Source: Catajapyx aquilonaris (Eukaryota). From it: a stretch of 64,000 bases of DNA. Below, one piece after another: positions 1 to 12,032 of the stretch. Under the pieces are notes generated by a model. It did not search any database. It was given only the letters and a program-made list of their open reading frames with translations, and was not told the DNA's origin. The stretch spans positions 1-64,000 of the forward strand of contig JYFJ02000141.1 of the NCBI GenBank assembly GCA_000934665.2. Direction: 5' to 3'. The stretch's first letter is position 1. Each line of letters starts with the position of its first letter. Made by a program: the position numbers and the translations under genes.

Positions 1-272
1 GCCGGGGGCGCTCGTACCCTGCGCCCCCTATAAATCCGGCACTGCCTCCGACTGCTTTTTATTTACTTTTTGGAAGGGGGCGCCTTTTTGGAAGGGGCGC
101 CTTTTTGGAAGGGGTGCCTTTTTGGAAGGGGGCGCCTTTTTGGAAGAGGGCGCCTTTTTTATGCGACATTTTTATATTATTTGGAAAGGTCTCATCACGC
201 TTCTTTCGCGCCCCACACGCATCTGCGCCCTGTGCGGTAGCATTGGTCGCACACCCCTAGCGCCGGCCCTGC
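1..272. repeat. GC-rich interspersed repeat/MITE-like fragments with a 17-18 nt minisatellite (TTTTTGGAAGGGG(G)CGCC x5 at ~67-160), inside an intron of carboxypeptidase copy 1
   Basis: The tandem units are directly visible. The flanks (...CCCCTATAAATCCGGCACTG; ...CCCCTAGCGCCGGCCCTG) resemble ends of short arthropod interspersed elements, but no family can be assigned. Confidence 0.55.
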
Positions 273-330
273 CTGTGGCCTTTCACACAGCAAGCCGAGA
301 CGTTACCATCACGGCCACCACACCTCCCCC

Positions 331-408
331 AATAATAATAAATAATAATAAATAATAAATAAATCCTTAACAATAAATCCTTAACAATAAATCCTTAACA
401 ATAAATAA
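331..408. repeat. (AAT)n microsatellite followed by 3 copies of the 14-mer TAAATCCTTAACAA
   Basis: Directly visible tandem repeats. Confidence 0.85.
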
Positions 409-1109
409 AACAAAATTAGTCAATAGGACCATGGACGTGGCTGAGGCTAGGGTTGTTTGTTTGGATAGGTGTAAATGGCGTAGGTTAATTAATGGGTAAA
501 TAGGTAAATATGTCTGAGGATAAGGTGATGTCTGAGGTGGGCAGGGGTGGGGGGTGGGACAGGTTGTTTTTAGGTTCTTTCTCATGTGTTTTATTAGTTC
601 ATATGTTGGGTTAGCTTGCATCTCCCTTCATCGCTGACTACCCCTCATAGGGAAATGTCGTGATGTTGTTGTTGTTGTTGTTGTATAATTTTAAACATGG
701 CAAAACTGACAGCCACGCACTTATTATTTGTCATACACAATATTATTTTGTCCATAGAGGTGCCCCCAGAAATATCGCTTGGATCTTCGTCGGCCATCTT
801 TAACAGCTGATATGGGACTTACATCAGGATTGCCCCAAGGGGTAGGCAACTCTCCTTGGAGCATAAATGACATTATGCCATATTCCGCCCAAATATCCAA
901 CTTAGGACTGATATAATTTTTTCACCAACTTGGAGTAGTTCGCTGAATGTGATGACAATCCTATCTCGAAAATTTCATTTTTGGACTTGGGCGACTTTTG
1001 TTCTAAGCGCCTCAGTTATAAGCTATTACAGAACGACACTGATCTGTACATTAGTCACATCTGCTCTACGTCTGCTAATTACCAGTATTAAATTTGATAT
1101 TTTCTTCAG

Positions 1110-1860
1110 GTATGGCAATAGGATCAGGATGGCTCGATCCCATAAATATGATGGGACATGGAACTCACTTGTACAATATGGGTCTGCTGGATGCAAAAGA
1201 ATCAGCAGATTTTAGTGCTGAAGAATCCAAAATCCAGGAGTTGATCGATAACGAGAAATGGACAGAAGCACTTACTGTATGTTAAAAATCTCCCAGCCAA
1301 TATAGGACGATTAATCATAACATTTGATCAATTTTTAGGCGTTCTACGACTTGCTAGATAACTACCGGAATCTGACAGGATTTGAAACGTACGACAGCTT
1401 CATGAACACTAAACCTAAGTGGACAACTACGTACAATGAAAACTTCCTCCAAAAGCCTCAGATCAGAGACGCAATTCACGTCGGCCAACTTCCATTCAAC
1501 GACTCCTCAATTGTAGATTCTCACCTCAGATCCGACATAATGCAATCAGTTAAGCCCTGGATCGAAGAGCTCCTTAACAATGACTACAGAATTATGTTCT
1601 ACAGCGGCCAAATGGATATGATTGCTGCTCACACCCTCACGCAAAACCTCATCAATGATCTGGATTGGAATGGAGCAGGAGAATACAACGAAACTAGTAA
1701 GAAGATCTGGAGAGTTGATGACGACGTGGCTGGCTATGTTAAGCAAGCGCGTAATTTCACGTACGCAATTGTACGCAATGCGGGCCACTTGGTAGCTCAG
1801 GATCAGCCCAATTTTGTTTATGATCTGATCCGCAGGTTTTTGACGGGAGAAGACTTTTGA
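1110..1860 (+). CDS. S10 serine carboxypeptidase (CPVL/venom SCP-like) copy 1, last two exons only; 5' exons lie left of the window
   Basis: Exons 1110-1276 (GMAIGSGWLDP...) and 1339-1860 (...IHVG...YSGQMD...RNAGHLV, TGA), with GT-AG boundaries. Catalytic Asp and His motifs are present. AATAAA at 1921-1926. Confidence 0.9.
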
Positions 1861-2354
1861 TGTGATCATGTTTCTGTGAAAGGCTCTGTGAACACAATGT
1901 AAAAGTGTCGGACAAAATACAATAAATGCCTGCAACGACCTTTCCCGCCAATCCATTGTAGCTGTCTTTTTATGCGGCCTATTGAACAGTCGCTGTCGAT
2001 ACATATTGAGCGAGGTAATAACATCTGTGTCACATTCACACAAGGACAATAATATCTCATAATATTTCCTATCTCTTATATTCCTCTCCCTGTCTATTAG
2101 AAACTTTCTGCCATGAGAGACGCATATGTAGATACCGTTATTGTATGACATGTAGGCGGTAATTCTTTGTTGACTGCTTCACCATAAATACATTATTGAT
2201 TATTCTTTCATGCCACATGCAAATGCCGGAAGACCCTGCACAGTGCTACTAATGCAATGTGCTCAAAGCATATCCTGTTGTCTGATTGGCGCTTCTCATG
2301 AGTGCTTTCCAACCTGGCCTCCCACACATCGTTGATCAGTGTGGTGCTTGGAAG

Positions 2355-4084
2355 ATGGCACGATTTGTGTCGCTCTTGCTTACCATCATCTCCTCTGCAT
2401 CTGCTGCTCCTCTCGGGCATCATGGTTACGACCTGAAGAGTCTGATCTGTACCGATGATGATCAGTATCCGCTGATTCTGACCCCTCACATTAAGACGTT
2501 GCCGGCAGAGGAGGTGCAGCTGATGGCCCAAATCAGAGGGCTGCCCTTTTGCGACGTAGAAAGCTACTCTGGATTTCTGACGGTCAATGAGACCTCAAAT
2601 TCCAACCTCTTCTTCTGGTTCTCCGTGAAATACGTAAGTGGTTCATCCGCCATGGAATTGGCTTAATCTGAAATGGAATCAACTGATATCAGTAAAGTTC
2701 TGACTACCATATTCAGGCTCTACTATAGCAATACTCAGATCCTCTTCGTGTAAGTCGCTTCATACCCTCAACAGTGAAGCTTCTTGCATATTAATTTATT
2801 TGTTGTGTGTCATCATTCCTTCAGAGGGGCAATTTTTGGTGATTCTAGAAATATTGCCCAGAAAGCGCACTTATACTATGGCTTCAAGGAGGTCCTGGAA
2901 CTTCGTCATTTTACGGCCTATTTTCTGACAACGGACTACTCGAGGTGGACGACTGCGGAGTGTTGAAAGGAGGAGACTATTGGAAAACATTGCCCAATAT
3001 CCTGTACATCGACAGCCCAGTCGGAACTGGATTCAGCTTCACCGACAGCAACGACCAATACGACAGAAACCAGTTAGAAGTAGCCAACGATATCTACGAA
3101 GCTCTGGTTCAGTTCTTCACCATGTTCCCCCAGTTTCAAAGGAATCCATTTTACCTAACCGACGAGTCTTTCTCAGGTATTTGTTCCTTCCATTAATGAC
3201 TATTGTTCGTATGCTCTAGGTCAGCTGCGTCATTTGAATATGTAGTTCATTTTGGCACAGATTGACAAGGTGAAACTGTATTCACTTTCAGGGAAGTACG
3301 TTCCTGCACTTTCGCACAAAATCCACATGGCCAACCCCATCACTGCCAACGTGACAATCAACTACAAAGGAATAGCCGCAGGTGACGGATGGCGATGGAA
3401 TCCGATAAGTTTGGAGGATTTAGGAAGCAGCCTCTATGGTTTGGGAGTGTTCGATTCAAGCGAATCGAAGTACTTTCAGAGAGTGGCACAGAACATAAGC
3501 GAATTAATCCAACAAGATAAATGGACTGAAGCAGAACTTGTAAGAAGGCGTTTATTCTTAGGATTAATTTATCAAAAAATTAGTCTATTTTAGTCAATAA
3601 CAATATCAATGATGTTATAGCTGATCAGGTGCCTATAAGACTACAATGAGCCATGAATGACTTAAATATTGACCATGATGCAATAGTTATGACTCTGATA
3701 GTCACGTATTGCAAACGTTATTTTCTTTAATGTATTCCCTAATTTAAAAATGACTATTTCCAGGTTTACGATGCCCTGTCGAACAACTACACCAGACAGA
3801 CAGGAATCGGTGACTACTACCACTACCTCTTTGCAAAGCTTCCTGGGGACACCTCCTACGAAGGCAGCTTCATCCAAAACCCTTACTTCAGGCAGTGCAT
3901 TCACGTGGGCAACCTGACTTACAACTCGGGCAACAAAGTTGAAGAGCGATACCAAGTTGAAGAAGCGTGGTTGGCCGGACAATGGATGAACGAGTTCTTC
4001 GACAGCAACTACAGCATGTTGTTCTTGCGTTCAGATGGAGATCATCATATTGTACACTTTAATAAAACTTTATCAAAACCCTGA
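2355..4084 (+). pseudogene. S10 serine carboxypeptidase copy 2, degenerate/truncated (pseudogene or non-catalytic paralog, ~391 aa)
   Basis: Exons 2355-2633, 2849-3176, 3292-3539, 3764-4084 with intact GT-AG sites and consistent phase. GESYAG is changed to DESFSG. Relative to copy 3, a deletion at ~4025-4031 shifts frame just before the catalytic Asp (whose homologous codon now reads QME), giving TGA at 4082-4084. Homology stops at ~4140 and no NAGH His motif follows. Confidence 0.8.
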
Positions 4085-5700
4085 AGGATATGGGCGTTTC
4101 TGAATATAACAAGACGAAGAATGTGATGTGGTCCGTCGCGTCGTCGCTGAGCACTTCTTCTTCCAATTAAAATCATGCAAAAGTCATCTGCACAATCCTG
4201 GAAGATCAGCGTTTCTTTTAACTGGAAGTATACTTGTGTTTTCAGCGATGGGTTTAGACTACAGTGACCTTATTTGAATGGTTGAAGCCATTTTTGATCC
4301 TTCCACAGGCGTGACCAGCACATTTGGAGTGTCTTTTGACACACATAATTTAGGATTTACGTACATTGTGACATTTCACATAGCTCGCACGTTTGTGTCA
4401 TGTTACACAAAACACGTTTTTCTAAGTTGAAAGTGTGCCTCTGTTTTGTGTGTACACACAAAGACATGCTAAAACTTTTCACTTGGCACATGTGTTGAAA
4501 GATGGCACATATACTGTATGTCATTTGTGGTTTTCTGCCGCTGATTAGTCTATGTGTATTTCAATTCATAAAATGAAAAAAATAAAAGAAAGAAAAACCA
4601 ATTACGTGTGAAATTTTTGTCACTCGTCATTGGTTTTTCTTTCTTTTCTTGTGCAGATAGTGCAGATAGTGAAAACAGGAAGTGGCGGGTCACCTGAAGC
4701 TGACCATGACACCTATTTAGGGTTCTCTTAATCCGAATATGAAAACCGTTTGTCGCTATCTCTTGCGGTTGAGGCCCTGATACCTGTCCACAGGCGGACA
4801 GACAGACAGAGCTTTTCTGTAAGACTTTTTTCGATGATGAGAAAAAGTCTCTAATACCGACGTAATCTTGCATGTGCCCTTCCTTTATACACGCAGCACA
4901 GTACGAGCTTTCGATTTCTAATTTTATACCCATTCGGTGGTGCCCCATTCCGACATTTATAACAAACGTTTTGGATAAAGTACTTTACTTTCATTGGTCG
5001 TTTCCAGCAGACTTTTGCTGAATTAATTCAAAAGCAGACTACAATATTTCTGTATTTTTTCCGACCTCCTATATAGTTCTCTTTATGTATCAATTATGAA
5101 TTAGTAAATCTACTGTAGTACACAGTATAGTAAATGTGCCTATTTATGGACCTACAGTATAATGCTTCCTATTGAAAATATTAAATGATAAAAATAATTT
5201 CCTTGTCATATTAGACACTTTCATGTTATAGAGACGTATGCATACCGTTGTTTGGACAGGTAAAGGTAAATCTTTGTTGCCTGCTTCACCATAAATAACC
5301 ACTCTTTCATCCTGTATGCAAATATGGGTTGAGGACAATCCACAATACCTGACAAAAACAGGGCCGCCCACGTTTTGAAACAGGCCGTGTTTGTGCAAAA
5401 ACATCAGTAACGTTATAATCTGCAAAGTGACTGGTGTTTTTTCCCGATTCCGACAACCGAGTGTCACAACACCCACGCAACTTCCGTCTGATTGACACCT
5501 ACGGCCGTGACTATCCCAATATTCGACAGCTGGCTCTGGTGACATGCCTGGACAAGGATCAAGCGGCATGCCGGCAGACCATGCTCGGTGCTAATAATGT
5601 AATACGCTCAAAGCATATCCTGTTGTCTGATTGGCGCAACTCATAAAAGAGTGCTCTCCAAGTTGGCTTCCCACACACTGATCAGTGTGGTGCTTGGAAG

Positions 5701-8257
5701 ATGGCACGATTTGTGTCGCTCTTGCTCATCATCGCCTCTGCATCTGCTTCCACTGTCAGGCATCGAGAAGAAGACCTGAAGAGTCTGACCCGTGCCGAAA
5801 ATGATGGGTCACCGTTGATTCTGACCCCTCACATTAAGACATTGATGGCCGAGGAAGTGCAGCTGATGGCCCAAGTCAGAGGACTGCCCTTTGATGACGT
5901 CAACAGCTACTCTGGATTTCTGACTGTCAATGAGGCCTACAACTCCAACCTCTTCTTCTGGTTCTTCCTGGCAGATGTAAGTGGTTCGTCTGCTATCAAA
6001 TTACTAAGGATTAAAACGTACATCAATAGTTTATACTGCATATTAATGTGTCCATTAGTGACCGAGACACTCAGATTATGTTTTCATCCCAAGGGCCTGT
6101 TGTGTACGAACGGAATATAAAATTTCCGATTATGTAGAGGAATTTTCAACGAATAATCAAATATTTTATCGTAATGTGTGAACTAACATCTTTAAATTCT
6201 ATATACAGAAAGTGAAAGTGCTCGTTATGATATAAGAGGTATTTTCAGAGTTGGGAGTGTGTCAACCGCACTGATTGCATGCTCTGATAGATGCAATTTT
6301 TTGCGGTTCTAGGAAAATCCCACAGAAACCCCCGTTTTACTACATATGGCTTGCTATACTCGAGTAGTTTATATGAATGGGTCCATTTGAATGGGTCCAT
6401 TTGTTAAGACAGCGGCTCTTTGCTGTATGTGTTATTCTATAGGTTTTCTTCCTCAGAGCCAACTGTACTAACACAATATAGAATGTTTTGATTGTGTATA
6501 GAAATTCTGGCCTTACATACTGCACCAACTATTACAAGAGGTGCTTTTTACTGCGACTCTTTGTTCCGGCTGTTTCGTTCAGCGGCTCTTAGTTGCTATA
6601 TGTTTTATTCTATAAGTTTTCTTCCTCAGAGCCAGCTGTACTAACACAATATAAAATGTTTTGATTGTGTATAGAAATTCTGGCCCTAATATACTGCACC
6701 AACCATTACAAGAGGTGCTTTTTACTAATATTCAGATCATGTTTACAGTGTAAACGTTGCTGCATACCTTCATTATTTTCATTAATTTTTAGCGTTTAGC
6801 CAATGATTTCACGCTCTGATAGATGAAATTTTTTACAATTCTAGGAAAATCCCAAAGAAGCTCCAGTTTTGTTATGGCTTCAAGGAGGTCCCGGAGTATC
6901 GTCACTATACGGTCTATTTTCTGAAATGGGGCCACTCGAGGTGGACGACGACGGAGTCTTGCAAAGACGAGACTACTCTTGGACAGGACTGGCCAACGTT
7001 CTCTACATCGACAACCCAGTCGGAACCGGGTTCAGCTTCACTGACAGCAACGACGGATATGCCAAAAACGAAACAACAGTGGCCAACGACCTGTACGAAG
7101 CCCTGGTTCAGTTCTTCACCATGTTCCCCCAGTTTCAAAAGAACGAGCTTTATCTAACGGGCGAGTCATATGCAGGTACTTGTTCCGTCCATTAATGACT
7201 ATTGTTCGTATGCTCTAGGTCACCTGCATCATTTGAATGTCAGCGTATCACAGTCATTAGTATACAATATTGTGCATTAGATTGACAAGGTGAAACGCTG
7301 TATTCTCTTTCAGGAAAGTACGTTCCTGCTCTTTCGCACAAAATCCACATGTCCAACCCAACAGCCAACGTGACAATCAACTACAAAGGAATGGCCGTAG
7401 GTGACGGATGGAGTGATCCCATGAGTATGGAGGATTATGGACTCTACCTTTACTACATCGGATTGCTGGATGAAAACGAAGCGCAGTACTTCCAGCAAGC
7501 GGCGCAGAACATTCGTGACTTAATCCAACAAAAGAAATGGGTCGAAGCAAATAATGTAAGCGTCTGTTGCAACATACAGCGATTTTCTGCTCTACTCTTA
7601 CTTATATAACCGTACGTTTAGGATTGGTCCATAAAATTAGCTAATTCCAGTTAATAACAATATAATTAATATTAGCTAATAATGTGGTTGTAAAATAAAA
7701 TAATTCTTTTTCAGGTTTACAACTCCCTGTTCGACAACTACACCACACTGACCGGATTCGAGAACTACTACAACTACCTCTTTGCAAAGCAACCTGATGA
7801 CACCTCTTACAACGGCAGCTTCATCCAAGACCTTTACTTCAGGCAGGCCATCCACGTGGGAAACCAGACTTACAGTTCAGGCGAAAAAGTTGAAGAGAAA
7901 CTCCAAGCTGATGAAATGCAGTCGGTCAAACCATGGATCGAAGCACTTCTGGACAGCGACTACAAAATATTGTTCTATAGCGGACAGATGGATATCATTG
8001 TAGCCCATACCCTGACACAAAACTTTATCAAGACTTTGAAGTGGAAGGGCGCTTCTGAGTACAGCACCTCTAAGAAGATGATATGGCGTGTCGATGACGA
8101 TATTGCAGGATACGCCAAGAATGTCCGGAATTTCACATACGTCATCGTGAGAAACGCGGGTCACATGGTGCCAAGAGATCAACCCTCCTGGGCATACGAC
8201 ATGATCAGTCGGTTTCTAACAGGGCAGTCTTTTGCAGCTAATTCCACTGATTGTTGA
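5701..8257 (+). CDS. S10 serine carboxypeptidase copy 3 (463 aa, 4 exons, signal peptide)
   Basis: Exons 5701-5976, 6845-7175, 7314-7555, 7715-8257 join in frame (1392 nt). Motifs WLQGGPG, YIDNPVGTGFSF, GESYAG, YSGQMD, RNAGHMVP. Hydrophobic N-terminus MARFVSLLLIIASASA. Confidence 0.92.
6410..6726. repeat. Local direct duplication (~145 bp x2) in intron 1 of copy 3
   Basis: 6410-6552 and 6580-6726 are near-identical (CAGCGGCTCTT...ACAAGAGGTGCTTTTTACT). Confidence 0.85.
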
Positions 8258-9467
8258 GAGTGATGAGTATATAGGTGACTTCACCGGCATAATAATTGTG
8301 GTAAAGATGGTCATTGCTGATGTAGTATCGGAGTGCCGGTACTGAAGATACTTGATGGAGAAGAAACTTGAATAGAAAAGTGCGCTACGCTATTTACCCG
8401 ATAGTAATTTTAAAATATGCAGAGACGAAAAGCAAACTAATATTTACCACTGTTTTGGACATTTTAGAGGTGATTGGGAATAATCTTTAGCTCTGCAATT
8501 CTACAGAATAAGACACTAGAGCTCATGTTTGCCAAATTTAAACGCGATTTAAAAATTGTCTGCATCATTCAATGAAGCATGCTGATTAAATAAGCTGATT
8601 AAAATCATATGTGCATCTAGAGAAAGGCTAGTGTTTAGATTAGATTACAGATAGGTATTGGGGAAATTTGTGATTATTATCTCTGTTGTGTCATAATAAT
8701 TTCACTTACTAGATTATTCCACGCATAGAGGCTCATATTTTTAAATGTCTAGTTTGTACAGTACCACCTACTAGTTATCACTGAGTAATATTATCCCCTG
8801 GAGGGAAATTTCTGCATTATGCTGCTGAAAATTAATAAAGTATAAATTATGTAGATAAAATATCATCTCCTCAATTTTTATACCTTACGTAGATGTTCCG
8901 GAATGTTTTACTAAAGATCAATACACACGGTCGGATACATTCAAAATGACAGCTTTAAAGCAGACAGTAAGCAATTTATTAATGACAACCTTTATTGAAG
9001 ATATTGAATTCGTCCGACCCATTTTTACATAATTTTATTTGCGAGCATGCTGGGGAATTTCCTGTGACATTACACTTCCACCGCAATCAATACGTATCTT
9101 GCACATTTTCCCACCTTTGTAACTTCAATGATACCCCACCTGCAATTAGCGTAACATTATTATATCACTTGGAAAAACCACACAGCAACTTGAGTCTGCG
9201 GCAGCCATAATGGAAACCTCTTATCTACTTAAACCTAGCGACACTAATGTAATCGCTCAATCTGGTGATAATGTACCGCAAGCAACAAATAAAATCGCAT
9301 TACAAATACCCACATGTCTCAAGGGGGAGTGTTGTTGGGGCATTTCCAACCACGTGCTCTACAACTGTGTGTGTAATAGTGACGCCCCCTCAGTCCTAAA
9401 TAAAAATCATCTGCGTGAGAAGGTGAAGGACAACTCAGTTCACCAGAAACGAGGCCACCAACCAGTC

Positions 9468-11732
9468 ATGCGCACCCTTCTCTTGCTCCTGGGGGCCACC
9501 CTTGTCTCCTCTGCTGGAATATTTCGGAATGTGTATCCCAGGATACCGCAGCTGGCCCCGACTGGAGACCCGGGGCAGCCCTTGTTTCTAACACCGTACA
9601 TCCAGGATGGGAAAATTCAAGAGGCTCAGCAGTTGTGCAGTGTCACCGGAATTGGAGCAAAAGGCGTGCCCAGTTGTGCAGGGTTTCTGACAGTCAATCC
9701 TCAATTCAACTCCAATCTGTACTTCTGGTACATTCCGGCTGTCGTAAGTATTTTATGACCACATATTGGACTAATTAGTACTCAGTAAGGTGATTATTAT
9801 AAATGTGCTCTCGACATTAGGAATTAATACATATTGAAATACAAACATATCAATATTTTTTTCTCCGGATGTAGAAGTAAAACAGGTGACACATATGCAG
9901 GATAGTTGCACTTTATCCAGTAGAATTTATTCTACCTGCATGAAATGTAAAGTTATCCATTTCAAGGACGGGTTTCGTGCCGGCATGGCAGTGTAGATTG
10001 TGCAACCCTGCCAACAACAACGAGCATGCGAACTGTTTGGAGACGACGACCCTGAACAAATGTGATTCTCTGCATTTGAATTAACAAAGGGACGCATCAA
10101 CACGAAAGCAAATAAATAAATAAATAAATAAATAATAGGGCCTACATAAATAAATAACAACCCCTCACGACGACAGAGCAAAAGCAAGTGGCACAAATTA
10201 ATAATCAGCAAATAATGCGACGTCATCAACCAGGGGAAAAAATTAACAAATCGTACTGCACATCCCTGCACGTTCCACAAAGTATATTTATTATGCTATT
10301 TACATGTTTTTTGCAGAATGATCCTGACAATGCTCCTGTGGTGTTGTGGCTTCAAGGTGGTCCCGGTGGATCATCCTTGTTCGGGTTGTTCATGGAAAAC
10401 GGCCCGTTTTCAGTGGATAAGTCCATGAAGTTGGTTCCCAGAGCTGCATCTTGGACACTCACCAGTCACATGATCTACATTGATAACCCAGTCGGAACTG
10501 GTATGTCATTGTCATTTGTTGTCTCACGAGGTGCATAACAATGACTATTCATTCCTCAGGGTTCAGCTTTACCGAAAATGACGCGGGATATGCCCGAAAT
10601 CAAAGTGACGTTGGAAGGGATCTGTACGATGCCTTGGTGCAGTTCTTCACGCTGTTCCCTAATCTGCAGAAAAACGAGTTTTACGTCACAGGTGAATCAT
10701 ACGCTGGTAAGTACATTGCCCAGATAAAACAATTCGAGAGAGACAATTTTTTCGTATTTTGCAGGAAAGTATGTGCCAGCAATATCCTACAAAATACACA
10801 CAGAAAATCCAACAGCAGCTTTAAAAATAAACTACAAAGGTATGCATCTATCTCTTGAACTAAGGTCCAATCCACCACCTATATAACGTTTCAATTACAC
10901 TGGATTTATTTCAGGAATGGCTATCGGAGATGGATTGTGCGATCCAATCAGCATGATCGGCTATGGAAGCTTCCTATACAATATTGGATTGCTAGACGAA
11001 AACGAATCGAGGGTGTTCAGAAAGAAGGAAAACCTGGTCAAATTTTTTGTGAAGCAGGGAGAATGGCAAGAAGCCCTTGAGGCAAGTACATCAAGACGAC
11101 AACTACTATTTTTTTGATTTATTTTTCATTGCACCGTTTCATTGTTATAATACGATATTAATACACATATTATACAGATCTGGAACGAGCTGCTGAACAA
11201 CGATCTTCGCTCATCCCCGTCATACTTCACCAACTTCACCGGCTTCGACAACTACTACAACTACCTCTACCCGGAGTCTCCAGCCGACGGCAGCTTGTAT
11301 GGCAAGTTCATCCAGATGACCCCGATCAGGAAGGCCATTCATGTAGGCAACTTGACCTACAACGACGGAGACGCGGTTGAGGAGCACCTTCTGCAAGACA
11401 TGCTCCAGTCTATCAAGCCCTGGTTCCAGGAGCTGCTGGAGGCCAATTACAAGATAATGCTGTACAGTGGACAGATGGACATCATTGTTGGACACACCTT
11501 GACTCAGAACTTTATCAGGAAGCTCAACTGGTCAGGAGCCAAGGAGTTCCAGGCGACTGAGAAGAAGATCTGGAGGGTTGGCAACGACATCGCCGGATAC
11601 ATCAAGCAGTCAAAGAACTTCTCCTTTGTGGTGGTCAGGAACTCTGGCCACATGGTTCCGTTTGACCAGCCCAAGTGGGCTTATCACATGATCAACCGAT
11701 TTCTGTTTGACAAGTCCAAAGTTTCACAATAA
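9468..11732 (+). CDS. CPVL: S10 serine carboxypeptidase copy 4 (467 aa, 6 exons); most canonical CPVL/venom serine carboxypeptidase-like member
   Basis: Exons 9468-9743, 10317-10500, 10560-10706, 10765-10839, 10915-11081 (GC donor), 11178-11732 (1404 nt in frame). Signal peptide MRTLLLLLGATLVSSA. CPVL-type GDPGQPLFLTPYI; WLQGGPGGSSLFGLF, GESYAG, YSGQMD, RNSGHMVP. AATAAA overlaps the stop (11728-11733). Confidence 0.92.
10106..10136. repeat. (AAAT)n microsatellite in intron 1 of copy 4
   Basis: Directly visible. Confidence 0.75.
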
Positions 11733-11986
11733 AGCACGTGATTAATACTAAAAACTGCTTCCTGTGATAGTGGTTTCCAGACACTTGACATCACCAGTTG
11801 CTGTATATTGATCACCATTAACAGCATGTAAATATTTGTCCAAATAAAGTTTCTTTGTATAACATTGTGATTTTGTAACTTTCCTGTTTTTTTTATCTAT
11901 ACTATTGAATTTGAGACAGTAGGGTTTGACGTAAACTGCATTAAGGAAGTTCTCATAATCTAGATCTTGCGTTAGTGGAGACCAGG

Positions 11987-11996
11987 TATATAAATA
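11987..11996 (+). promoter_or_regulatory. Candidate TATA box of copy 5
   Basis: TATATAAATA ending 37 nt upstream of the ATG at 12033; position and sequence only. Confidence 0.45.
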
Positions 11997-12032
11997 CTGC
12001 AGTTGGCAAAACACCAGACATCAAATAGAGTC

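Noticed and set aside
367..684. Possible 3' end of a non-LTR retrotransposon on the minus strand, ending in simple-repeat tails
   Set aside because: There is no RT/endonuclease motif or target-site duplication, so only the simple repeats are reported.
9210..9467. Long N-terminal ORF extension upstream of copy 4 (similarly 2286 for copy 2 and 12003 for copy 5)
   Set aside because: The downstream ATGs begin clear signal peptides and match paralog lengths. The extensions are likely promoter or UTR sequence.
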